From Neolecta irregularis DAH-3 (lineage: Eukaryota), in the NCBI GenBank assembly GCA_001929475.1, contig LXFE01000145.1, forward strand, positions 1 through 36,191: a stretch of DNA of 36,191 nucleotides, in the 5' to 3' direction. The notes beneath the pieces were generated by a model. It was not told the origin of the DNA. It did not search any database and was given only the letters and a program-made list of their open reading frames with translations. A program made the translations under genes and the position numbers. Of the stretch, positions 1 to 13,447 are shown in pieces; position 1 is the first letter of the stretch; each line of letters opens with the position of its first letter.

Positions 1-91
1 TCTTTTTTCATTTCATTCATCTAGATCATTCCTGTTCATGTTTTGTATAGCTAGAGAGCATGCTCTACCTGAAAAATCTCTACTTGATCTC

Positions 92-1530
92 CTATTTCCT
101 ATTTCGTACAACGCAAGGAATTTTTATTACCTCATGTTTTGAAAGTGGTTGCAAGGATACCTCCAAAAGGCGCTGATGTAGTCCCCTTACAGCCATGGTC
201 CGTATTTTCAGAGGTATACCGTTGTCCCGATGAATCCGGATATTCCTTGGACAATGACGATCCCCCAATTGCCATTGCAGCTTTTATAAACATGTCTATA
301 GTTCTCTCAGGCTATTTATCAGAATATCGCGGTTTTATACTTTTACCGTTGGATTGATTGCAAATACCATGCCTCGTGCACAATGATCATGTTGTCCACA
401 ATACCACTAAACGTGAGAAAATATTTTAGAACGATAATTACCCACTTCGAATCAGAATCAGTAACTATATATTCGAAAACAGGCGCCGGTAAAATTGTAT
501 TATTCGGATTCGCTCGATATCCAGAATCAATGCCTAGCAATATCAGACACCGAAAAGGACTCACGGTACCGTCTTCAATCGGGCTACAGGGGGATGCAAA
601 AGTGCTTTGTGTGACCGTGTGATTTTGCTTCTCAAAGATAAACCGGATGATGTCTCCTGTAGCTGCATTTACCGACGAAGGCGTATAAACTAGACCGGCA
701 TCACCACCAACCGTGACCGTATGTACAGTTGCAACAAGCAATCCTGTATGGCTTGTATCTTGTGGTAATACATCTGGGAGCGTATTTTCTGTATCATCAC
801 CTCGAGACATTGCTTTCTTTTGGAATGCGTTCAAGGTCTTGTTTTCGTCAATATTAGATACCGTAGGGTTGATTGCAAAGACCATTCCTTGTTGACAATG
901 GTTCCCCTGCTTGCAAAACCACTAGGCATTCATACAGATCCAGAACAGACGATACCCAAGAAGGATCCATAGTTTCAACGGTATATTGAAAAGTCGGGGC
1001 TGGGTTGGCAGTACCATCAGGATTGGGACGAAATCCGGAATCAACACCTATAAGGTCAATCCAAACCTTGTTGAGAAACAAGCGCACCTCCAGGCAATGC
1101 CGTACAAGGCGATCCAAATGTACTTTGAGTCAATGTATGGTTCTTCTTTTGGAACACGAATTCAATGACATCGCCAATCGAAGCATGGATTGAGGATGGA
1201 CTGAAACCAAGTCCAGCATCTCCACCCACCGTCACTGTCTGCGTAACAGTACCATGCGATGAATTACCTGCTTGGCCGATACCAGATTGGACAACAGTAC
1301 CATACGATGAATTACCTGCTTGGCCGATACCAAATTGGACAACAGGCTCAGGTATCAGTAGGATGCATCAAGATACAAGATACGTTGGAAGGATTCTCAT
1401 CCCCTTGCTCAGAGTCGAAAGAATTTGAATTTCCGTAGGGCGATTCATCGGAATCCCTTTTATTGAGAACCCGCGAGTGGGGCAAGGCGCTGATCATCCC
1501 AGCAGCACCTATTAAAATGTATAAACGCAT
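92..1530 (-). CDS. Secreted protein with two tandem cupredoxin-like domains (fungal extracellular serine-rich/cupredoxin family), multi-exon
   Basis: Signal peptide MRLYILIGAAGMISALP with a KR site. Two copies of VTVGGDAGL-x-[FY]-x-PSS...F-x-F-x-K-x-NH...DSG[FY]...C-x-Q-x2-HC-x2-GMVFAINP, split by short GT-AG introns. The 3' end (stop near 92) is inferred from splicing. Confidence 0.8.
1245..1345. repeat. 48-bp tandem repeat, 2 copies, coding (VVQ[FS]GIGQAGNSS[YH]GT)
   Basis: aacagtaccat[g/a]cgatgaattacctgcttggccgatacca[g/a]attggac starts at 1245 and 1293. Confidence 0.95.
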
Positions 1531-1984
1531 ATTCTTGGAGAACTGTTCCAAAAAGTGAATGAGGTCCTGCGCAGCGGGCCAAACGAGAATAGGGAAAATG
1601 AACCGAAAGAAGGGCTTCACGGGCATCAAAACAGGACAGACATCGGTATTTAAGCTTGTTATCGTCGTTGTGGCATGATTCGGGTCGGCTTCGAAGTGAG
1701 ACACCAAAGAACCAATCACCCATCAATAACGGTTTCGCGTATCGGTGAACTTTCCTTTTTGGAGCAAGTGATCAAACCCTGCAAATAGCGCTCGAAAAAG
1801 TCTATTCAAGCTATTTTTATTTTCAAAATGAAGATTTGGCGGGCGAATCACACTATAGTGTCTCACGACAAAAATCTGAAACGGCAGTGTGAAGATCGAT
1901 AAATTCCGTAGTAAACGAGATGTTTTAGTGCAGCGGTCATATACCTCAAAGCAGCGGAATTAATCGTCATATACCGTCCGTGTT

Positions 1985-4493
<2,509 letters not shown>

Positions 4494-5264
4494 AGAGGCA
4501 GAATAATTTGCCCACCAACAAGGTTACCAAGTCGCCCTCACTATCATATTGACCACACACCAGTAACTTGCCTAATCTAAAGCAATGGGTAAATGTTTAA
4601 ATTTTTGTTCTACTATTATATCATCCAAACTTCTTATATAATGAAATTAAATGTTTGTGGATTAGTTTGGCAACCGGAGATTACTGCAATGACCGTTGCC
4701 CCTACGTGAGCAATGTCAAAGGATACAAATGACCAAACTTTCGATAATTTTATCAACGATGGAGAAACGCTTTACAACTCTGAATTGAGTGAGCAACTGA
4801 GGCACCAAAATTTCGTATAGCAAATGTTACCGGACCATGATGTAGTTAGATCCACCCCTATAAAGCTGGAGTCAGGGTGAGATGTTTTTCTAGTCAACAT
4901 TATAGAATTGATGAACTTGTAAAGGTACAAGAGTAAAGAATCTATTAATGCCAGTAGAAACTCCCGTTCGTCGTTCAATATAAAAGATTAATCATGTTCA
5001 TGCCAGATTTCTTATGCTATGCCCTTCGTTACCTTGTTACCAAACGTCCTTCAGGAACGATATCACGATACTAGTATAGAGAAGCCGAGAGGAAAATTGT
5101 TGGGACAGTCCTAGCCGCAGACAAGTCAAAGCACTGGAACGACAAAAGAAAACAGCATAAAGCCAATATTAGACTATCGAATAAATCTATAATTGCCTCA
5201 AAATTATGATTGACAACTATTTCAAGATTGCTGCATTTGTACAATTCCACCAAACCCCAATTCA

Positions 5265-5552
5265 TCAGTGAAATCCTACGGTTTTATTCGAGGGTACTCT
5301 CTGTTTATGACCCGTTTTTATCATCGTTAAAGCAAGGAATGCACTAATGGATGTGAAGAAAAGAAGCAGGAAAAACGTTGGAATTTTGATTGCCCATGCC
5401 AATGGAGGAAAGAAATCGTAAAGCCGATGTCCTTTATCGACAAATGGCTGCGATATATGTGAGAAGGTTGGTCAGAGAAGTTGGAATACCAATGCCAATG
5501 TCCATAAAGAGTAATATAAAAATAAAACCGTAACAACGATCAGGAGAAGCAT
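5265..5552 (-). CDS. DPM2: Dolichol-phosphate mannose synthase regulatory subunit DPM2 (2 exons, intron 5448-5489)
   Basis: Spliced translation MLLLIVVTVLFLYYSLWTLAL|PFVDKGHRLYDFFPPLAWAIKIPTFFLLLFFTSISAFLALTMIK matches the DPM2 pattern FxYYxxW..LPF.D..H....F.P...A..IP. Not in the ORF track. Confidence 0.9.
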
Positions 5553-5770
5553 GTTTTTGCAAAATCATGCGTAAGCCGTGATTTCTTTTTACCACGCTAT
5601 GGGGTGCCAGGAGCAGACAAAGAGTCTGCCACGATCTGGTGGGTTTTATCTTGTGGGCGGTGCCGTAGCCAGGAAGATCAACATATTGTTTACCCAAATT
5701 TTAAGGTTTCAAGCATATCTTTAGACATTGGAAATATACATTACAAGAGTCATAAAGAATTTATTACAGA

Positions 5771-6591
5771 CTAATTAAAGTCTAATGCTGAATCTGCATC
5801 CTTTCTGATACAGTCAGTACGCGATTTTTCGATGGAACGGATCGACATACCTAATCAACTCTCTCATTCCCTCTGGTAGCACAGGTTGCGCATCATTTCC
5901 TTGTATATATCGAAAAGGCATTTCTACAGCCTCGTGTTTGGAAAACCTCAATTCCGGAAAATCGATATAGGGTATCTCATTAATGGGTACTAGGTCGTCA
6001 ACGGCAGAATCGGCAAGAGTTGCATACTTTTATCTCTTGTAACGAGGATCGTCACAGCCACAGCTGTATCCGTAGTCATTTGTTTATCTCGGAGGTTCCG
6101 CCCCGAAAACCCCAATGCACGCAACTCTGCCGTTCGATCACGGGGTGGATCATCGCCTTGTGATAATCAAATCCATCACTATATCGAAATGACGTACCGA
6201 GAATTCCACCGAATAAGAAGCAGTCGAATTTTTCAGCATCATCGGGCGAAAGGACTTGCTCTGCTTGTAGATCCAATAGACATACTCGTTCTTTTGAAAA
6301 TTGAGCAAGTTTAGTGATCGGCTGGCTTGTCGCTTGGATAGACAATTCCCTGAATTCTTTGGGTAGGTCGTTTAGTAGAGACTTTGGGAGAGACGTGAGG
6401 TGAAAGTTTTCGGCTCCTACAGTATTGGCGATTGCCTTGTATTCTGCGATACACCTTTTTACAAGTCAGTCTTTGTTGAGAATAGTTGCACCATGGAAAC
6501 ATCCCGGCTTCCATGTGTTCTATGTAATGTGAATGGACATCTTGCAAGGGTCACTACCTACAATGAACGCATGTTGTCTGGGTTGTGACAT
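5771..6591 (-). CDS. SFM1: SPOUT-family protein arginine methyltransferase Sfm1, multi-exon
   Basis: MSQPRQHAFIVEHME..., VCLLDLQA, FLFGGILGDDPPRDRTAELR, KQMTTDTAV, IPYIDFPEL, EMPFRY. Confidence 0.9.
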
Positions 6592-7347
6592 ATATGCAGG
6601 AACGATGGGCTTGTCGGAGAGGGAAATTCGTAGCCACTCTTCGATCCCGTAGGATGGATTCATCCTGCCACTTTTAGCAGCCACAACCACAGAACTGGAA
6701 ACGTACTAATTAAGAGCGGCGGGCAACACTATGTATATGACGTGTATGAGAACCTGCGATGATATCATCACAAGTCAGCCATGCATTTAAACCGAGACTC
6801 TACATTACTATGTGCTCCCAGAACATGCAGAGTCTCATCGCTGTTTTGTCGCCATAAGCAACTGGAAGGCACCAGGGCTAGAACGCCCTTTGCAAAAGTA
6901 GTATCTGTACCAGGACCGCGCCAATTGGGGCTGTTTCTCGGCAGACTTGCGAATCTGGGATTTTTCACTTTGTGCTCATTTAACGGATTAGTGCCCATCC
7001 ACCAGATAACAACAAGACAAGGCCACGTTCTAATCAAACTGTCATCTCCCAGAAGTTCTCCAGTGAATACAATAGAAAGACCAAGATAAGATGTCCAGCT
7101 AGCGGTCATGTAATTTCTGCAAGACAGACCAGAAACACACCGCATGATCGACAGCCGAACGCCACACGCGTAAGCAGGCCTACAGTTCTGTCGCTCCAGA
7201 CGTCCTTGCTTTCCCCGAATCCGATTTCCTCCCTTCAAAACTCCACGTTCCCGTTTCCTCTACAAAGCTTTTGAAAAAGCTGCTGGTCCCAGGTACCCGC
7301 GCTTCCTTTCTGCTCTTTCTGCGTCTTACCTTTGCGAGGCCCCAAAT

Positions 7348-7838
7348 ATGAATCCCCTACGTAAATCTCCTCTGTCAAATATAAATACTACTCCTACGTC
7401 GTCGCCATCAGCGGCTGGCCCTGAACAGCCGGAATCTGCAACCCCTCGACCAAATACCGATTTAAACGACCAAGCAGCTCTCCTTCTAAAGAAATACGGA
7501 AAGCTCCCAGATAAGAAACGGTTCTTAGATAAGCGAGTCAGCGTACGTTATCGCACCCCCGCCGCACAGATATATCTTTCTATGCGTCGATAAAACTTCA
7601 GCGACTAATTTGATAGGAACGCAAGTTCTTCGATTCCGGTGACTGGGCTATGAATAAAGCTGGAAAAGCGTCTGTTCTCAACATCGGGAAACAACATCCC
7701 TCGCCATCTGATATTCCACATGGATCGGTGAATCTTCAGTTCAGCCAGCCTTTGAGTCCCGTGAAATCTCACAGTACACTTGTTCCCCCGGAGACCACTA
7801 TGGACATGCCCCTTGAAGCCAAGTTCAGGACAGAATAG
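7348..7838 (+). CDS. IGO1: Endosulfine/ARPP19 family PP2A-B55 inhibitor Igo1 (intron about 7543-7616)
   Basis: KKYGKLP...ERKFFDSGDWAMNKAGK...IGKQHPSPSDIP. Confidence 0.9.
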
Positions 7839-8329
7839 ATTCAAGGTGATGCGTTTACTGTGCTGCTACAAGCATCCTGGTTTATTTCGTATTGAGAATA
7901 GGCTACCTTTTTGCTTCTGGTTTGTTTAGGTGCTGTTTGTTTTTTGTTTCTCTTGGTTGGAGTGGGAGGCAGAATGATGGGATGTGGTGAGCGGTTGCGA
8001 GTTGAAGACTATTCTTGTTGATTCTTTGTTTCTCACTTTGTTCGATTTCTTCTTGATCTGACAGGGCTTATCGGTACGACAAACGGGCAAGTTTGATTAA
8101 GCCTGTTTTTTCCAGTTGGGCGCATGATTGGTTCATGAGTTTTTCTTGCTTCTGAGGGCGGACTCGGTGATAAAATACTTGTTATCAGCTCATTTGTGCC
8201 GAGGGATATATCATCGCCTCTGATAGCCTACTTTTGTTGCAGCTACAACTACACATATATGACAACGTATGTAGGAGACCACATTTTGATATACAGTGCA
8301 TACGATAGAAATGCAAGTGTAAACCCCGT

Positions 8330-9919
8330 CTAAATTTTGGCCTTGAATTCGCCGTGTTTAACTATGAATTCCTCCTTTGAACTCGACTCACCGTTATCCC
8401 CAAAGAATACAACAGTGATAGTGATATCATCCCTAGTACTGCTTAGCTCCACGTTCGCTTGAGGGGTATTACCGGTAGTTCCTGCTCATGGGGGAAGGAA
8501 GGCTCAACAAGGAGCATAGTTGGTCTTTATCGTTCCCGCCAAGAGCGTTTCGAATTAAATGAGTAGCAGCATTATCGTCCTCGAACGCAAACTTTTTCTT
8601 TTGAGTGTTATGTGGATCTTTTTGACCTGTTTTCTTGTCGGCAGGATCGGCTTTTGCGAGCGGTTCTTTATTGCCCGCGAACCAATTGGGCATCCAGCCA
8701 TTTGGGCGACTAGATCCTTGATCGAGCCATCTTCCAACAAGTCCAACGGCTTCTTCGTTTGTGAGACATTCCCAGAGCCCGTCTGTTGCCATGACCATGA
8801 AACTTTCTTTTGATGTGTCGATTTTTGTGGTCGTGACGACGGGTTCGGCGGTTACGTAGGGAGGTGTCTTGCAGTAATCAGATATTCGTCGACCAAAATA
8901 TTCGTGTTCGAGTTTCCGTTGAACATCATTTGACCATTTGTATTTTGCGTCGCCAAACTAAGCGATCAGATTGGGAGATGGAGCGAGGTGGGGTGTACAG
9001 CTCTGGTAGGTTCAAGCGAACCCAAAACTCTTCCGCGCCAAACCGCTTTATCTTCGCCTGGATGTTCCCTTTTGATGCGTTCGGCTTCTTCCACATTGCT
9101 TCCGGTTTGATCGACACTCAAGGACTTTGCAATCCAGACGCCAGAGTTGTCTTTTGTTCCAAGAACTGCGCGTGAATCGCCGGTACAAGCGACGTGGACT
9201 TGCTTGGTCTTGCTATCGAAAAAAGCAAGCAGGCCGCAGCTTCCACTGAGAGCAGGCATCAGGAGATCTGCCGCGGCGGATTTTGTCAAGTTGGGCAACA
9301 ATTTTGCGACGCTCTCGTTGACGATTTCGTTGTCCAATTTAACAAAACCAGATTTGATTGCGTCTGTGATGTCTTGGTCTATGGGGGTAGAAGAGGATTT
9401 ATAGACAGAGTCGAGTTCGCGAGCGACGTAGGGTACGAGGTTCTTTTTCAGGGTATCGGAAGTGTACCAGCCGGAATGTCCATCAAAGATCCCATAGAAC
9501 GTCCAGTCGGAGTCGTCGGAGGCCTTGATGATGTGCTCGATGCGGTCGTCTTCGATGGGATCGTTTGAGGCGAGGGCGTTGATGTCGTAGCGCCAGATGC
9601 CTTTTGCGCGGGTAACGCGATGGGATTCCTGGTTTGCGCGGAGTTTCTTTGAGGCCTCGAGCATGGTCATCATGCGGATCTCCTTTGGGCGGAGACGGTA
9701 TGGGTTCATTGGATCTGGGACATTGAGGGTAAATGTGCGCGGGGTGGAGTAGTCGCGGGCTGGTGGCGACGGCGATGCTCTGCGGTAGTATGCGAGCGAG
9801 AGATAGACGGCAGAACAGACAAGGATGCCGCAAGAGGCTACTTTTGCGACTTTGTGGATAGCGCGCATGCGGGCTGGTGGTGAGGCGACTGGTGGAGAGC
9901 GGGCACTGCGACCTAGCAT
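8330..9919 (-). CDS. PTC5: Mitochondrial PP2C phosphatase (pyruvate dehydrogenase phosphatase-like Ptc5), multi-exon
   Basis: ASNDPIEDD, FDGHSGW, ALSGSC, CTGDSRAVLG, RAFGD, MATDGLWE, NAATHLIRNALGG and DDIT motifs. Arg/Ser-rich presequence followed by a TM segment. Confidence 0.9.
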
Positions 9920-9987
9920 TGAGGTTGCAATGACAGTTCCTGGTGTGTTTTCTTGGCGGTTTGTCTTAACTGTCTGTCTGTCTGCCT

Positions 9988-11733
9988 CTATAAATGGCGT
10001 TCTCCAGATGGTTTATTTCGACTCGCCCATACATCCTCAAATGCAGTCCCATCTCCTCTCCAAATATCTGCACTTGTATCTTCCATATGCGTTTCAGCAC
10101 ACTCTCCCGCTATCTGCAAGTCAGCGCAGTCCGCATCAGCACAATCTTCCGCTATCTGCAAATCAGCACAGTCCGCGGCTCCTCGCACCCTTCCAACATC
10201 CTTCCATCGCCCCTCAGTCAGCATCCTGGCCCGTTCCCGCACCACCATCCCAATCCCTGCACTCACCTCCTCCCAGTCAACCTCCTCCCCCGTCTTGCCA
10301 TTGTCCCTCCCCCTAACCTGCTTGTGAAACCTCCCCAGAGTCCGCGCTATCCCCGTAATATATTGGCCATGCACACTCAATGCCTGTTCTCAGTTCTTGC
10401 TCCCTGCAACACCTACATCATTGTATCCCACCGCAAACACCCGCGGACACCTTGCCGCCAGTTTATCCACCAGAAACGACCGGAATGCCACATCTGCAAG
10501 CGGAATGAGTCTGCTCACCGCAGGCATTCCACACTGTTTCTTAAACACCCCGTAATCAAACTTTGCTTCAATGTACTTTAGTGACCCCGTTGGTTGTATC
10601 GCCGGTATTGAATGCGGTGCTGCAATCGATGGGCGAAGATACACTGCCAGCCTTAGATCCTAACGATGGCTTAAATACCCTTCAAATATCCCCCCTCCAT
10701 TACCAATTCAGGCGATAATTGAAGCTGTTCCCATACCTACACACGTCTTAGTAACATATCTTTGGAAACTACACCTTTGCATCGGCAATCACCCTCCCAA
10801 ATTCTACCAACTTTGTCGTCTCAAGGTCTTGCCTATTCCAAGTAACGGAAATTCGAACCTCCATGTCAGTTGGCCCCCAGGAGTCTTGCATTTTACATGA
10901 CACCCACTCCCTCGGAGAATCTCTCCTATTCTCTCCTCACTTTTATATTCAACGACAAAGGCCCCCTCGAAATCTAGCCGAATCCTTAGATTCCCAACAA
11001 CGTTCAAACTATCCCCAAGACTGATTGTCGGGGCGAGATATCGTACTGGATACATAACCACCTCCCGATCAATGATTTCTCTTTCACAGAACAGGAAATA
11101 CGCAACGTCGCCGTGGCCGACGTGGGGATTCTCTGCCGCTCGTATTACCTTGAATCAATGTAAATTCCGCTGATCGATAGTCGCTGCCTCCGTGCCTCGG
11201 AGTTCTAGAACACTAACTGGGATGCCGTCAATGGTGTCGGCAATTGCGTTTTCCGCAATATTCGCAGTTACAGGGTACGCTTGAGAACTTTTTTTACACG
11301 GGTTTATAGTCTAGATTTGTAACGAATACGGGCGATCTCGAGAACGGCGCTGGGATTAGTACGGCTTGGTCCTTGTGTTACTTGATGGTCAATGCAAAGA
11401 CTGCCTTGAAGAGTCTTCGCCCATGGCCAGTTATGTTGACAGGCTTGGCTGGAATGAATGCTGCCTCGTATATCAACTTCCTTCTAATCTCGTTTGATTC
11501 GCAGATATGGAGCTTACTATTTTGTGGACTTGAAAAGATCCCCGTTTTGACTCTGTATGATCATATGAAACAACTGTACAAAACTACGGGTCCCATATCT
11601 TACAAAGAATCTGAAAGAAAAGATATTTCCTCTTCCACATTCCTTCTCAAATACACTTCGGAATCTATGCTAGCGATATAAAACGACCACGATAAAAAGA
11701 AGTTCTCCATTTTTTGCCTCCAGGTTTTTCCAT
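9988..11733 (-). CDS. Hypothetical multi-exon protein, possibly TopoVIB-like (Rec6/Rec102/TOP6BL)
   Basis: Consecutive open exons are joined in frame by short GT-AG introns with branch-like motifs (e.g. 10384-10416). Start is uncertain (ATG at 11710 or 11733). The functional call is inference from the C-terminal helix pattern only. Confidence 0.55.
10094..10177. repeat. 42-bp imperfect tandem repeat, 2 copies, coding (ADCADLQIA[EG][DE]CA[DE])
   Basis: tcagcacactctcccgctatctgcaagtcagcgcagtccgca at 10094 and a near copy at 10136. Confidence 0.9.
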
Positions 11734-11770
11734 AACATTACAAAGAGCAAGAACGACTAAACAAAACTCC

Positions 11771-13093
11771 CTATACGCCGCATTCCATGTTATAACGACA
11801 AGAGCAAAGTGGAGCACCATCTCCATCTAGTGGTTTAAAGTAGTGCTCGCCAGTAGGACTAGAACTCTCAGAGCTCCCAGATATAGATGGAACTTCGTTC
11901 ATATATACGTAGGTTGGAGTTGGACGGAAGGAAAACGGCTTGCTGAATGCTAAGGGAGGAAGGTTGAATGTGAATTCATGCCCTGAGGGAAGCGACCATG
12001 GAGGGGAGAAAATGACCGCACTAGACGAGAATTCGCTAGTGGGCAACGATGAATTTGGCGTAGACATGTCGTTGTCAAAATGCAGGCCAAGCCCTTCAGG
12101 AATATTCGTTGTATCGAGTTCACCCCAGACTCCTTGTTTACTGAATGTGCCAATGAACTGGCAATCCATTTCTCGTTCTTTGGGATGTGCATATCTGCTG
12201 TATTCCTCGAGTGCCGATTGTGTTGCCCATCGTTGTAATTTCCGTAACGAGGCAACCACACATCCAGTGCGATGCTAAAGTTCGACACTACGAAGGGGAA
12301 TAAGAGTATACCTTTCCTCGATTACAGTGTATCAGCAGAGGATGATTTCGTTCGTCTAGGATAATATTCAACGCCTCAACGACCTTATCCTTTGGGACTA
12401 GACAAAGTCAGCCTACATTCCAGAGGCTCCAGCGCATATACGCGCAAGCGTATAGGTGTGGGGCAATGACGGACCATAATTTTGCTACAATAAGGTTAGA
12501 AGGACATGTATAACGAATGCATACTTTGTTTCCTGGCATTCCAATCTGGAAGAATTCGATTCCATGTCTCTTCATAACAGTGAGATTTTCCTGGGGATAG
12601 TCGTCGTTAACAAGACATCTTTAAGATTAGTTTACTTTTAGAGAAGAGTATACACTATGCTTCTTAGATTGAGCGACTTGAGATATTCAAAGTGTTCGGG
12701 CATTGGGAAGGAACTTCGATATATAGTCTCAGAGACTACCCCGAAATTTGGCGGCGCGCGAAGTGAAGACTGGAAAAATGAATTACCCATTGCGATATCA
12801 GCGTCTGTGGAGGCTTTTCTTGCACTTTATGAACACGAGAGTCAACACATCGAAAACGGAAAAAGGAGCACGTACCTGACAAATTCCTTCTCACTTGGAG
12901 CATCGCTTCCACGAGAAATTGCAAATAGAACGAGGGCTTGGGAATCTTCGACAGAAACATCTGTCTTTGGATCTTCTGACGAACGAGGGGCTGACGAGAT
13001 ACTGGACGACCGGGCTCGACAACGACATTCGAGATCGCCGCACACGAACTGGTCCACTATAGGAGCGCTTCTGCTAATCGATGATACAGACAT
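11771..13093 (-). CDS. SIW14: Siw14/OCA-family (PFA-DSP) inositol pyrophosphate / tyrosine phosphatase, multi-exon
   Basis: PPNFGVVSETIYRSSFP, QIGMPGNK, and the spliced catalytic motif [25 protein letters not shown]. Confidence 0.85.
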
Positions 13094-13447
13094 GATTGGA
13101 GGCAATAGGCTAGGCCCTATACGAGGGCAGACGACTGTCCTGTCGAGACAGGACGTAGTTTTCGTATTACTGAATGATGCGTTGTATGCAGTCCGTGGTG
13201 GTAAACTCTGGTTGTGGCGACCCGACTTTTTGTAGATATCGCGGGAAATGTCGGAACCCGCCAGCCAAGAATTTAACTGCCCGTAATCACCATGTCATGC
13301 ACTCTGTATTCTTCGATTGATGACAATACGCCCCTCCAATACTTGGATTCTTCCTCCTTATCTCTATAGTCATTCTAGATGACAAATATCCTGTACAACC
13401 CTAGGTACCTCTGCGCCTTACCTTTTCGGACATTCCGCAAACACGAG

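Noticed and set aside
6768-7238. 156-aa (-) and 102-aa (+) ORFs in the SFM1-IGO1 spacer
   Set aside because: No recognisable domain, and the amino-acid composition looks like non-coding sequence.
9825-10581. + strand Pro/Ser/His-rich ORFs (163 and 195 aa)
   Set aside because: Antisense to the spliced orphan gene and PTC5; their composition simply reflects the C-skew.
12657-13235. 192-aa + strand ORF
   Set aside because: Antisense to SIW14 exons with no recognisable motif; a shadow ORF.
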